Of a DNA stretch of 31,215 nt, positions 7,159 through 16,576 are shown in pieces. Under the pieces are notes generated by a model that saw only the letters and a program-made list of their open reading frames with translations, ran no database searches and was not told the DNA's origin. A program made the position numbers and the translations under genes. The stretch is taken from positions 1 to 31,215 of IMG/VR virus record IMGVR_UViG_3300009703_000006; one strand, given 5' to 3'. Each line of letters starts with the position of its first letter. Within the stretch, counting starts at the first letter, position 1. This stretch comes from a virus.

Positions 7159-9129
7159 TTATTTTATAGTTGCTTGGTTTTCTATTACAGCAACCTTGTT
7201 CTGTGTATTAGTTATATCAGTTTCAGTTACAAATACCTGTGTTGCTTCTTGTGGTACTAAAGTGCTTGTGTTTGTTATTGCACTAAGTGAAGGGGCAGAA
7301 GCACCAACGCCACCAACTGAACCACCACCACCAATTGATCCACCACCACCTGTCTTAAACTTAGCAATAGATGAAGCAACAATTGAAGCTATGCCTGTAG
7401 CTGCTCTTATCTTAGCAGCAGCAACTAATGGTACTGCTATTGCTTGACCACCTGGTATTGTTGAGTAACTTGCAAATATACCAGCAATTTCACGCTGAGT
7501 ATTCACAATGATTTCACCAATGGCAAGAGCTTTATCAGCTATAAATAAAGCATTGGCAAGTTTTTCATTTTCACCAGCCAATTGTGTTAACCCAGCAATT
7601 AAACCTTTGGCAGCATTTAACTTAGCATCTTGTAAAGCTTGATCACTTTCTAATACTTTTTGATTATATTCTATTTGTGCATCATCAAGTTCTTTTTTAT
7701 CTTCAGCAGCCTTTTTATCTATTTCTGCTTGTGCATCTGCTTTGGCTTGTTCCTGTTCAAGTTCTTTATCAATTGCCTCTTGTGATATTTGTGCAATGTT
7801 TTCTAAATGTTGAAACTCTAATAATTCTTTTTCAGCATCACTTAATTCTTTGTTTTCTAATTCTTTTTGTAGTTTAAGATTTTCAATATTAATTAAAGCT
7901 TCTGCCTTTTCCCTTGCATCAAGGACATCTTCTGCATCTGCTTCTTTTCTTGCTATTAATAAATCAAATATTGCCTGTTCTTCTTTTTTTCTTTGTTCCT
8001 CTTTTTCTTTGCTTTCTTCTTTTCTTTTTGTTCTTCTTTCTTTTATTGCTTCAACTTCAAATACTAATAAATCGGTTTCTGCATTTTCTATTGCTTGAGT
8101 TGATAATATTTGTTCTTGGTCTAAGTTTAATAATTCTTGTTTTAATTTTACAAGTTTTTCATCAGCTTTTTGAAGTCCTGAAACTAAAGAGCCTAAACCT
8201 TCAAGCCTTGCAATCTCTAAATTAATTTCTTGTTTTTGTAATGCAATTCTTTGTTCAGTTAATTCATTTTGTTGTTTAGTGAAATCTTTTATAATTTGTA
8301 ATTTTTGCTTTTCAAGATCAAAAGTGTTTTTTCCTTGTGCCTTTGCTAATCGGATTTCATTATCCATATTAGCAATTCTATTGTTATGAATTTCCTGCTC
8401 CCTTTTGGCTGAATTTTCAAGTTGCTTTAATCTTTGTTTCCTAAGTTTTCTTTCTTCTTTTAATCTTGCCTTTGCTCTTGCCTGTGCCTTTTCTTCACTA
8501 TCATCGTATAGCCCTAACCATTTTAAGCCACTTTTAATACCACCAACAAGTTCATCAAATTTTGCTACTGCCATTCCAATAACTACTATTATTGCACCAA
8601 AACCCGAAGAAATTAATGCAAGTCTTAAAAGCTTCAAGGCAGTAGTTCCAGCTCCAACTACAAAATTATAAGTGCCTTGTGCTGCCGTTAGAATACCCTG
8701 AACAATAGCAGTCTTTTTTAATGTATTATTCCATAGCTTTTGAAAAGAAATAACACCTTCAATAGTGCCTTTAAATGCCATTGTCACACCAAGAGCTGTT
8801 TCTATTCTTTTAGCAGTTTCACCAATAGCACTATCCTCATCACCACCTAACAATATAAATGCAGCAGTCACATCACCAACAGCACCAGCAACACTTCCAA
8901 GCTCACTTGCTACTTGCTCATTGTCAAGTGCTTCCATTGCAAGTTCAGTATTCTTGATCTCTTTGTTAACACCTACTAATTCATTCTTTAATTCATTAAA
9001 AGCCTTTGAACCTAATGGCACTTTCCTAAGTTCTTCATTGAGTTCTGTTGCTCTATCTTCTAATTGTCCAAGTGTTCTTTCACTTTTCTGAACATCAACT
9101 TCTAAGTCTATTACTACCTTTTCTGCCAT
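7159..9129 (-). CDS. Tape-measure-like protein, 656 aa
   Basis: Contains hydrophobic Gly/Ala-rich segments (LTAAQGTYNFVVGAGTTALKLLRLALISSGFGAIIVVIGMAV), a long central coiled coil and a Gly-rich C-terminus (TGGGGSIGGGGSVGGVGA). Its position is atypical: upstream of the head genes and not adjacent to the chaperone-like gene. Confidence 0.6.
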   Translation of the reverse strand: MAEKVVIDLEVDVQKSERTLGQLEDRATELNEELRKVPLGSKAFNELKNELVGVNKEIKNTELAMEALDNEQVASELGSVAGAVGDVTAAFILLGGDEDSAIGETAKRIETALGVTMAFKGTIEGVISFQKLWNNTLKKTAIVQGILTAAQGTYNFVVGAGTTALKLLRLALISSGFGAIIVVIGMAVAKFDELVGGIKSGLKWLGLYDDSEEKAQARAKARLKEERKLRKQRLKQLENSAKREQEIHNNRIANMDNEIRLAKAQGKNTFDLEKQKLQIIKDFTKQQNELTEQRIALQKQEINLEIARLEGLGSLVSGLQKADEKLVKLKQELLNLDQEQILSTQAIENAETDLLVFEVEAIKERRTKRKEESKEKEEQRKKEEQAIFDLLIARKEADAEDVLDAREKAEALINIENLKLQKELENKELSDAEKELLEFQHLENIAQISQEAIDKELEQEQAKADAQAEIDKKAAEDKKELDDAQIEYNQKVLESDQALQDAKLNAAKGLIAGLTQLAGENEKLANALFIADKALAIGEIIVNTQREIAGIFASYSTIPGGQAIAVPLVAAAKIRAATGIASIVASSIAKFKTGGGGSIGGGGSVGGVGASAPSLSAITNTSTLVPQEATQVFVTETDITNTQNKVAVIENQATIK

Positions 9130-9140
9130 GATCTAAACTT

Positions 9141-9539
9141 TTAATAATTTTCAGCAACATAGCTATCTATTGTTGCCTGTATTTCATCCTTCATACTTTT
9201 GGTATAAATACCAGATACTCCTAAACTGCTATTTGTATTTTGAGCAGTTAACCAACACCCATTATTTAACTGTTCTTGTAAGTCTTTGATATGTGTTTCT
9301 AAAGCAAAAACTTCAGCATCTGTATATACTCCATTTAATACATCTATATATCTATCTGAAGTAAAAGATAAAAGCCATTCTTTGCCATCTTTAATTCTAT
9401 ACTTGTACTGTATTAGGTATAATTCTTTAATTGTATCAGCATCAGTAATTTCTGTAAATCCACTTGGCTTAGTTAATTCAAATTTAATTGATGGTTCACC
9501 ACTTGAAACGTTATCTTCTATGTAAAATTTTCTTGCCAT
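9141..9539 (-). CDS. Hypothetical tail-module protein, 132 aa (start at MARKFYIED)
   Basis: ORF track 9141..9617. The first 26 codons overlap the upstream gene, whereas ATG 9539 sits 14 nt after the upstream stop. Confidence 0.6.
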   Translation of the reverse strand: MARKFYIEDNVSSGEPSIKFELTKPSGFTEITDADTIKELYLIQYKYRIKDGKEWLLSFTSDRYIDVLNGVYTDAEVFALETHIKDLQEQLNNGCWLTAQNTNSSLGVSGIYTKSMKDEIQATIDSYVAENY

Positions 9540-9552
9540 TTTTTTTAATATT

Positions 9553-10134
9553 TTAATAATAAGTATAAGTGTACCATCTATCTTCTGTATGGTTATAAAT
9601 AAATTGTACCGATGCACCTTTAGTTAAATCAAAGTCTGAATTATTAGCTAACATAATTCTATTCGCTGCTGCACTTCCACTATCGTTGTGCTTGAATTTT
9701 AATTTCTTATTTGTACCTGAATTAATTATTACTACGATTCTATTAACTCCTGCACTTGGAGCTACTATTCCTGTAAAATCTCTATCGTGTGAACCTGGAT
9801 TTAAAAAATGAACGTTATAAGTTGTAGGGTCATAATCATCAAAATCAACAGAGACACCACCACTCTCTGTATATTCTCGTATTTGCGAAGTAGGTATTTG
9901 TGTTAATCCTAAAGCATTAGCATAGTTATAAACATCCTGAGCCACGCCCGTAGGGTCATAAGTAGAAGCTAACATATCGCCACTTACAGCACCACCTAAA
10001 ATTGTATCACTTCCTGCACTATTTCTTAAAGTATATTTATTAGAGTTATTACTATCTATAAATATGTAAAACTCGCCACTTGCAGGGTTACCAAGTGTGC
10101 TTCCATTTTCTGTTGTTATTACTAATTTTCCCAT
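9553..10134 (-). CDS. Small tail-fibre-like protein, 193 aa
   Basis: ORF track. Gly/Ser/Thr/Asn-rich and beta-rich sequence in the tail block downstream of the 1101-aa protein. Confidence 0.5.
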   Translation of the reverse strand: MGKLVITTENGSTLGNPASGEFYIFIDSNNSNKYTLRNSAGSDTILGGAVSGDMLASTYDPTGVAQDVYNYANALGLTQIPTSQIREYTESGGVSVDFDDYDPTTYNVHFLNPGSHDRDFTGIVAPSAGVNRIVVIINSGTNKKLKFKHNDSGSAAANRIMLANNSDFDLTKGASVQFIYNHTEDRWYTYTYY

Positions 10135-10139
10135 TATTA

Positions 10140-10289
10140 TTATTTTAAAATTAAATCGCCATAAATTATTATAGTTCCCTGTATTGTTAAGCCACCATAA
10201 TTAATCATTTGTCTGTTATCTATTATTGTTAAAGTGCTATTAGTTCCTATCTCTTGAACTCCACTATATATGTCTGGTAGATATGTCAT
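10140..10289 (-). CDS. Small ORF, 49 aa (MTYLPDIYSGVQEIGTNSTLTIIDNRQMINYGGLTIQGTIIIYGDLILK)
   Basis: Manual translation. ATGA overlap with the stop of the 1101-aa gene, and it ends 5 nt before the next ATG. Fills the gap. Confidence 0.5.
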   Translation of the reverse strand: MTYLPDIYSGVQEIGTNSTLTIIDNRQMINYGGLTIQGTIIIYGDLILK

Positions 10290-13200
10290 ATTATTATAAA
10301 ATTAGTTCCATCATATTGAACAGTATATGTTGTATACAAAGCAACTATATTTAAAGTTGCACTTCCGTCTATTGTTTTACCACCCGTTGTTCTGGTCTGC
10401 AAAGTATTTAAAGAATCTATTTTTTTAAAATTCCAAAACTTACCCTGTTCTGCATCATTCGGCAAAGTGATAATAATATTCCCTCCACTTGTATCAGCTT
10501 CATAAGTCGTCACGCTCAAATCTGCCGTAACGCTTGAGTTTATTTGCACAACACTTCCCTCTCCTTTTATTACTCCATTTATATAAGTCACTCCAGAATT
10601 TACAACTTGAATATCATTCGTATTTATCAATGATACATCACTTGCTCCTTCTACTGAATTTCCATTACCTCGAATAAATACATTTTCAGATCCTGCAAAG
10701 ATGAAATTGTTATCTCCGTTAATATCTGCATTTTTAACCGAAGGATCAATGTAATTGTTTTCTCCTTTTACGCATATATTTCTGTCGCTATGGAAGTTTC
10801 CATCAATTAGTCTTGCTTCTCCTCTTTTGAAATATGGAGCGTCTTCCGTACCTATCTTAGCAGTGCCACCAGTAGCTGTTGCAGTATCAGGCACAAAAGC
10901 ATCAACATCTTTAAGCTTTAAAAATTCACACTTAGTTATTGGATTGCTTGGATTGTAGTTTTCTATTTTATTTAACCTAAAGTAAGCACCATCAAAATAG
11001 TATTGGTTTCTAAATGATAAGTTTCTAATATCTGATGGTCTTAAATAAAACCAACCTCTTACAATCTTTGAATTTGTATCTGTAATTTCTTCAATGAATT
11101 TTTTATAATAAGCATTGTAAAGATTATTATCACTTAAAGTAATATCATAAAAAGTGTCATCATAATATATCTCATTAGTTAATCCAAAGTTAATATCAAC
11201 AGTAGGACTAAAAGCATCGTCTAAATGTCCTGAATATGGGTATTGAATTTCGTCTGTATTTCCTGCTAATATGCTTCTATGCGACCAGGTAATTAAATTA
11301 TCTTTTAAACCACCCCATTGTAGTATTCTAATATTGCTTTCAGTTCTAACATAGCCATTGTTTTGATCATACTTTTTAATAGCTGGAATAACTCTATCAT
11401 AATATAATTGTCCTACACTTGGAGTTGGTGAAAATATAATGTTTGTCTTATATTCATTATTAATAAAATCGTTTTCAATTTCTTCTTTTCTTTGTCCGTA
11501 AATTTCATTCCATGTTGTATTATATAATTCATTATAATAATCTTTATCCTGCTTGTAAGTGAATAAATATTCTTTGCTGTCTAAAGCACCCATTGGCAAG
11601 TATTGAAGCTCTTTGCTTACGTCTAATTTTTGTGACCAGTCTTGAGTTATATTATTATAGAAGTCATCTCTTGGTTCTATAAACAAATTCTTTTCATTGT
11701 TCTTATCAGGTTCAATGTATAAGTTAAACATCTTTACAATACTCATAAAGAAATCCCTTTGCTTTATCTTCTTTGGTATTGATGCATTCATATCAATTAA
11801 ATTGCCTTCAGCATAAGAGTTGTTAACTACTCTATTTCTAAAAACACCACCAGCAACATTTAAACTTATATTTCCAGTATGCATTGTTAAATGATTAACT
11901 GCACCAAGACCTTTAAACAATGGCAATGGATTAAATGTCCAAGTAGTAAAAATTCCACCTTGATATTGATTAAATAATTCATTAACAACAAATTCATCAC
12001 TAAATGTTTTTGCTGCAATTTCTATTTTAACCTTCTCATTAGTTTTAACAAATAAGTTAGATACAGTTACTATGTATCTATTAGGTTGTGTTGATGTTGT
12101 TCTTGGATCAGTGCTTAATTCACATATTGCTTCTATATCACCACTAAAATCAGGTATGTTAAAAAGCTGAAAATTTGTAGTTTCTTTTATATAATCATTG
12201 TCAGGCAATGTTGTTCCTGAAGTTGTTACAGTTGTTGCTGGTGGTATTGTACTTGAATAAGTGATATTAAATTTTTCTATTGCTACAATTCCAGTAGTAC
12301 CTAAAGCACCACCAATGGGATTTCCAGCATTGTCAGTATGAACTATTGCTAAATTACCAACTATCGCAGAACAACATTCTAAGTCAATTGCAGAAGCACC
12401 ACCACCATATTGTAAAGGTTCAAAAGTTCCTGTTAAATCAACTTCAAAATAAAAATCATAAGTACCATCAGCATTACAAGTATATTCACCAGTAGATGGA
12501 TCAAATACCAAGTTTGGATCATTCTCAACACTCATAGTAACATCATCATAATCACTTGGTGAAAACACTGGTGTTGTTGCCTCAGAAAGTAGTTTAGTTG
12601 TTGTTGATGGTGGACTAACATATTCAATAGTATTAGCATCAAATAGTCTATTGTTTATTGTTGTATCACTTAAATTAAATTCTTTGCTGTTAAATGGTAT
12701 TATTAAATCTTCAAAAGGTGAGCTTAAAAAGAATGTGCTTTGGTAAGTAAAACCAGCAGCTTCAAACATTCTATCAATATATTCTTTAACAAATATTGCT
12801 GGAAATATTTGATTGACTGAAAACTGTATTGCTGTGAAGTTACTACTAAAGCCATAGTCTATTAATGGATATACATAACCAACGCCAGGAGTTGCTGACC
12901 AAGAAGTCTGCTGTATTGCTTTTGTCCAATTATGGTTTAAGTCTGACCATAGCATTGTAGTATCATCTAATTCTTTATCTCCTAATTCCTTTATAAAATT
13001 AGCAGTATTACCTACAATAGTACACTCGTAGACAATATCATCATTGTCTAAAATATTGATTTGCTTTAATTGTAAATATCCTTCTACCTGTATTTCTCCA
13101 TCTACTAAATAAAGTACATCAGTTTTTAAGTTAGGATTAAAAGTGTTTAAATCAATATTAACTTCAAAGATGTTTTCAAATACCTTTCTTAGTCTTTTAC

Positions 13201-13591
13201 TGCCTGGTAGTTTAATTGTCTTACTATAATCTGACTTTCTTTGATCAGGCTTTGCAATGTCTGAAATATTAAAAGTAATATTAGGATTAAGGCTTTCTAA
13301 TAGCTCTATCCTTTCATTGATTTGCTTATTTATCTTATAGCCTATTGGTGAACTGCCTGTTGGAAATATATCCTTATTAAGTGTTATTTCAGTATCACTA
13401 TTAGCTTTTATTACTCTTGCTGTTTGTTGTGTTGATGTATTAGTTACAAGATCACCTTTACTTATTGGTGTTGCACCTGTTAGAAACAAAGCACCTGCAT
13501 CAATTAATTTGAAATCATTGTCACTTGTAGTAGTGCCACTTACCACAACATCTTTAGCAATATAGCTTATATATAGTTCTTCTTTTTGCAT
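10286..13591 (-). CDS. Large tail/host-recognition protein, 1101 aa, with a beta-helix-like C-terminal repeat region
   Basis: Largest ORF in the window. The C-terminal part has Asn/Gly-rich repeats (NICVKGENNYI...INGDNNFIFAGSENVFIRGNGNSVEGASDVSLINTNDIQVVNSGVTYINGVIKGEGSVV) typical of fibre or spike domains. Confidence 0.65.
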   Translation of the reverse strand: MQKEELYISYIAKDVVVSGTTTSDNDFKLIDAGALFLTGATPISKGDLVTNTSTQQTARVIKANSDTEITLNKDIFPTGSSPIGYKINKQINERIELLESLNPNITFNISDIAKPDQRKSDYSKTIKLPGSKRLRKVFENIFEVNIDLNTFNPNLKTDVLYLVDGEIQVEGYLQLKQINILDNDDIVYECTIVGNTANFIKELGDKELDDTTMLWSDLNHNWTKAIQQTSWSATPGVGYVYPLIDYGFSSNFTAIQFSVNQIFPAIFVKEYIDRMFEAAGFTYQSTFFLSSPFEDLIIPFNSKEFNLSDTTINNRLFDANTIEYVSPPSTTTKLLSEATTPVFSPSDYDDVTMSVENDPNLVFDPSTGEYTCNADGTYDFYFEVDLTGTFEPLQYGGGASAIDLECCSAIVGNLAIVHTDNAGNPIGGALGTTGIVAIEKFNITYSSTIPPATTVTTSGTTLPDNDYIKETTNFQLFNIPDFSGDIEAICELSTDPRTTSTQPNRYIVTVSNLFVKTNEKVKIEIAAKTFSDEFVVNELFNQYQGGIFTTWTFNPLPLFKGLGAVNHLTMHTGNISLNVAGGVFRNRVVNNSYAEGNLIDMNASIPKKIKQRDFFMSIVKMFNLYIEPDKNNEKNLFIEPRDDFYNNITQDWSQKLDVSKELQYLPMGALDSKEYLFTYKQDKDYYNELYNTTWNEIYGQRKEEIENDFINNEYKTNIIFSPTPSVGQLYYDRVIPAIKKYDQNNGYVRTESNIRILQWGGLKDNLITWSHRSILAGNTDEIQYPYSGHLDDAFSPTVDINFGLTNEIYYDDTFYDITLSDNNLYNAYYKKFIEEITDTNSKIVRGWFYLRPSDIRNLSFRNQYYFDGAYFRLNKIENYNPSNPITKCEFLKLKDVDAFVPDTATATGGTAKIGTEDAPYFKRGEARLIDGNFHSDRNICVKGENNYIDPSVKNADINGDNNFIFAGSENVFIRGNGNSVEGASDVSLINTNDIQVVNSGVTYINGVIKGEGSVVQINSSVTADLSVTTYEADTSGGNIIITLPNDAEQGKFWNFKKIDSLNTLQTRTTGGKTIDGSATLNIVALYTTYTVQYDGTNFIII

Positions 13592-14878
13592 CTAAAATCT
13601 TTGTCTGTAATTATCAACTCCAAACTCTAAGTTAACTTCCAAATTAAATAGCTTGTCTACATTACTTCTTTTTTCTTCCCAATTGCCTTCAATGTTTTGT
13701 ACTGTAATTCTTTGCCCATTTTCATATAAATAAATCTCAGGACTTTCCAACATCTCAAGCAACCAATTAAAAGTATTTACATCTACCCAATCAGAAACAA
13801 GCTTCATCTTTGGCATTGATTTGGTATAATATTGCACTTTTTGTTTGTCAGCTAAACTGTAAACTATGCTGCCACCACTATCTAAATTTTCAGGATTTTG
13901 TTTATAATATTTCCTTTCTATATCTTCAGTTCTTCTGCTGACCTTTGTAAAGTTAAAACAATCAAAGCCACCAAGTGAATTAAGAAACTCCAACCTTCTA
14001 ACTTCATACCTACATTCAGTATCTACATTAAAGTATATTTCTTCACTTACTACGCTTGAAATTGTATCTAATAATATCATCTTGTAAGATGCTACACTAC
14101 TTGTAATAACAGGTGGAGTGCCAATAGAAAACTGTGCTGGATTAATGTTGTTTATACTATTAGGTGCAGATGGTATTTTAAGCATATATTTAGAACCTAA
14201 TGAAGTAAGGTGTGTTATGTCTATTTCAAAGGTACTAATGATACTGCCTGAACTATCATAAGTTATATATTGTGTCCTATCAACAGGATTAGAAGCATTG
14301 TCATACAAAAAGTATAGCCAACCTTCATCTGTTAATTCTACACTTTGATTATCTGACTTATTTGCTCCTGATCCTTTCGGAGCATTCGTTAACCATTTTC
14401 TGCTTATCGTATTATCTGTATAATTAGTATAATAATTAGCTACTTGCCAATCATAGAAGTTTACCACATTGCCTCTATAATTAGGTAAGCTTCCATTGAA
14501 TACTATTATAGTTTCAATTTCTTGATCTGCAAATTGTGTAAGCACTCCAGCAACATCATACTCTTCACCAACCTTTATAGTAAATTCTTTATAAGAGTTT
14601 GGATTATCAGTAAATCCATCAGCAGTTGCTGTGGTGTTTATTGTGCCTAAGTCAGTTTTTAAATAGCTTTCACATATCCCGTGAACATCAGCCCTACCAT
14701 AGCCATTAGGATCGGCTGGTACTTTTAATCTTGCTACTTGTGTTGCTCCATCATATACATCGAATAAATATTTAAATCTACTATTAGCAATAGATGTGCT
14801 TGAAGCAACATATTCAATAGGATTGTAAACACTTCTATATTGTTCAGGTATGTAATTAAGTGGTGAATTAATAGCCAT
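13592..14878 (-). CDS. Tail structural protein, 428 aa
   Basis: ORF track. Abuts the 1101-aa gene with no spacer and shares one nucleotide with the upstream gene. Function inferred from context only. Confidence 0.5.
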   Translation of the reverse strand: MAINSPLNYIPEQYRSVYNPIEYVASSTSIANSRFKYLFDVYDGATQVARLKVPADPNGYGRADVHGICESYLKTDLGTINTTATADGFTDNPNSYKEFTIKVGEEYDVAGVLTQFADQEIETIIVFNGSLPNYRGNVVNFYDWQVANYYTNYTDNTISRKWLTNAPKGSGANKSDNQSVELTDEGWLYFLYDNASNPVDRTQYITYDSSGSIISTFEIDITHLTSLGSKYMLKIPSAPNSINNINPAQFSIGTPPVITSSVASYKMILLDTISSVVSEEIYFNVDTECRYEVRRLEFLNSLGGFDCFNFTKVSRRTEDIERKYYKQNPENLDSGGSIVYSLADKQKVQYYTKSMPKMKLVSDWVDVNTFNWLLEMLESPEIYLYENGQRITVQNIEGNWEEKRSNVDKLFNLEVNLEFGVDNYRQRF

Positions 14879-15444
14879 TATTTCTTTTTAAATATGTTTT
14901 TAATTTCTTCAGTTGTTGCTGTTCTTCCAGCAGTTGCCAAGTCTTTTTTAAGTAGTTCAAATATGTCACCTTGTGTTATTGTGCTATAAGCCTTATCCCA
15001 AAATGGTCTTGGTTTAATACCTTTTTGAAATATGCTTTCTCTTACTGCAAATGGATTAATCCCTTTCCTTTCTGCCCATTGTCGTAAACTTGCACCATCA
15101 ATGCTACTAACATTAATTGGTGGTTTCTTACCATCCTTCTTAAAGCTATAATCACTTGAAATGCTTTTATCTACTGCACCTGTCACACCTTGATTAAGAA
15201 AGTCATAATAATCAGCCATAAATAAAGTAGCAACAAACTTAGTCCCAAAGAATTTAACAGGCATCTGTACTGATTGCCTTAAATTACCTGTATCAATTAA
15301 ACCTTCACTATCAATTTGACTAAGCACTTCTTGTGTAACTCTAATAGCCAGGTTATTCATAACATCACCAATGCTTTTTGGCTGTGCTACAATACCACTT
15401 GCAGTTTCAAACTCTACTAAGCTATTATGTATCTTATTGCTCAT
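14878..15444 (-). CDS. HK97 gp10-like neck/tail-completion protein, 188 aa
   Basis: Motifs IDTGNLRQSVQ and ...ADYYDFLNQGVTG..., plus the C-terminal LRQWAERKGINPFAVRESIFQKGIKPRPFW, resemble the gp10 family. Confidence 0.5.
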   Translation of the reverse strand: MSNKIHNSLVEFETASGIVAQPKSIGDVMNNLAIRVTQEVLSQIDSEGLIDTGNLRQSVQMPVKFFGTKFVATLFMADYYDFLNQGVTGAVDKSISSDYSFKKDGKKPPINVSSIDGASLRQWAERKGINPFAVRESIFQKGIKPRPFWDKAYSTITQGDIFELLKKDLATAGRTATTEEIKNIFKKK

Positions 15445-15719
15445 TATCTTCTTTTAAGCCTTTGCATTTGATCTTTATGTGCCTGTTGTTCCATTCTTTG
15501 TTTGTCTTTAAAATAGCAACACATATTTAATCCATATACTACATTCCAATTTTGGACTACTTCAAACTTATCTACTCTACTATTACATAAGCTGTCTATT
15601 AATGACCACCACCCCCAGTTGTCTGCAAAGCTATTTCCTGAGCTTCCTTTATCTTCTTCTCTGCTACTTCCATCAAAGAAGTTTTTATAGTTTCCGTTAA
15701 GATTGGTAAGTGATTGTAA
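15444..15719 (-). CDS. Candidate -1 frame C-terminal extension (91 codons) of the 216-aa gene. The predicted frameshift product is about 268 aa
   Basis: Manual translation. The -1 frame is open from 15761 to a TAA at 15446-15444, which overlaps the next gene's ATG as TAATG. It reads LQSLTNLNGNYKNFFDGSSREEDKGSSGNSFADNWGWWSLIDSLCNSRVDKFEVVQNWNVVYGLNMCCYFKDKQRMEQQAHKDQMQRLKRR. Confidence 0.45.
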   Translation of the reverse strand, partial: LQSLTNLNGNYKNFFDGSSREEDKGSSGNSFADNWGWWSLIDSLCNSRVDKFEVVQNWNVVYGLNMCCYFKDKQRMEQQAHKDQMQRLKRR

Positions 15720-16249
15720 AAAAAAACACCTATTGGATAAGCTATTGTTATTGGCATATTGTTAAAGAAATTCTCTGCTGTTTCTTTAATTACTTCACCA
15801 TCCACTTCAGCATCCTTATAACCAAACATAGTTTTATATACAGGTCTGCAAATTATAGTTAATATCTTATGTAAGTTTTCATAAATTACTTCTTCATTGT
15901 TATTGGCTTTTTGTAGTATTTCCATAATATTTACATATTCACCAAATAATAGTTTATTAGCTTCATACTTAAATTCATACCACTTGCCACCAACCAAGAA
16001 CCTTCTTTTCTTTAGTTCTTTAGGCAATTCAGTTTTTAAGAAAGCCATCTTTTTTACAAGTTGATGATATTGCTTAACACTAAGCTCTTTGATCTCTTCT
16101 CTTTTCTTGCCTGTTAATACACATAGTATGTTAATAACCTTACTAACATCATTCATTTCAGTTGCTAAGATTGGTCTTAACTGAATGTAGTGACCTATTG
16201 TTATATCATCCCAGCTTGTAGGTATTTCTATTTCAAACTTCTTTGCCAT
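15599..16249 (-). CDS. Tail-assembly-chaperone-like protein, 216 aa (zero-frame product)
   Basis: First gene after the non-coding hub. The segment RRFLVGGKWYEFKYEANKLLFGEYVNIMEIL resembles chaperone families. It also carries an internal slippery run with an open -1 frame. Confidence 0.45.
   Translation of the reverse strand: MAKKFEIEIPTSWDDITIGHYIQLRPILATEMNDVSKVINILCVLTGKKREEIKELSVKQYHQLVKKMAFLKTELPKELKKRRFLVGGKWYEFKYEANKLLFGEYVNIMEILQKANNNEEVIYENLHKILTIICRPVYKTMFGYKDAEVDGEVIKETAENFFNNMPITIAYPIGVFFYNHLPILTETIKTSLMEVAEKKIKEAQEIALQTTGGGGH
15718..15726 (-). other. U9 run containing a perfect U_UUU_UUU -1 slippery heptamer in the zero frame (GGU GUU UUU UUU UAC)
   Basis: Plus-strand A9 at 15718-15726. 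The zero-frame codon phase was checked against the ...AYPIGVFFYNH... sequence of the 216-aa ORF. Confidence 0.5.
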
Positions 16250-16266
16250 AATTAGTATATATAAAA
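16248..16266 (-). promoter_or_regulatory. Second exact copy of the 19-nt motif TTTTATATATACTAATTAT. Its last two nucleotides are the AT of the ATG at 16249
   Basis: Exact match to 6522-6540. Confidence 0.4.
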
Positions 16267-16282
16267 TTTCTTAATAATTACC

Positions 16283-16358
16283 TTAAACACTATTTTTAAT
16301 TGGTCTTTTAAGTTTTGTAAGCTAACTTAATTAATTAAAATACATTTAAACACTATTT
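16283..16358 (-). repeat. Two exact 13-nt direct repeats AAATAGTGTTTAA (minus-strand reading) at 16283-16295 and 16346-16358, 63 bp apart
   Basis: Seen directly in the sequence. Located 35-110 nt upstream of the first late gene. Confidence 0.7.
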
Positions 16359-16426
16359 ACATTAAGTCTAATCAACTTAAATTACTTTTTAGTATATTCA
16401 TATACATTAACATCTTTAAGTGTCTT

Positions 16427-16576
16427 AAAACGCTTTATTTTAATTTCAAGCAAATTTGTAGCAAACGCTTCTTTTTTTCTTTTTCTTTTTTTCTCTTCTC
16501 TTATCTTCTCTTCTCTTCTCTATATGCTAGACAAAACGCTACCGATTGCCAAGCAAACGCTATAATTTTGCTACAA
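16427..16576. repeat. Repeat cluster. Four (A/C)AAACGCT motifs and a 10-bp inverted repeat flank a 54-nt polypyrimidine (plus strand) tract
   Basis: The four motifs are at 16427-16434, 16462-16469, 16533-16540 and 16554-16561. The inverted repeat is TTGTAGCAAA at 16456-16465 and TTTGCTACAA at 16567-16576. The tract spans 16468-16521, has a single purine, and includes (TTCTC)2-TTATC-(TTCTC)3 at 16491-16520. Confidence 0.8.

Noticed and set aside
7196-9091. Several plus-strand ORFs (for example 7850..8098, 7914..8225, 8405..8671, 8765..9091) inside the tape-measure-like gene
   Set aside because: They are antisense shadow frames of a repetitive coiled-coil gene with implausible Leu/Phe/Ser-rich compositions.
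15445-15524. The 26-codon ORF MCCYFKDKQRMEQQAHKDQMQRLKRR as a stand-alone gene
   Set aside because: Its frame stays open for another 79 codons upstream, through the 216-aa gene's stop and back to just past a U9 slippery run (upstream stop at 15762-15764). A frameshift extension explains this better, but independent translation cannot be excluded.
16491-16520. Tandem TTCTC pentamers considered as a CRISPR-like or satellite array
   Set aside because: The units are 5 nt with no spacers, and the whole array is only 30 bp. This is a homopurine/homopyrimidine microrepeat, not a CRISPR array.
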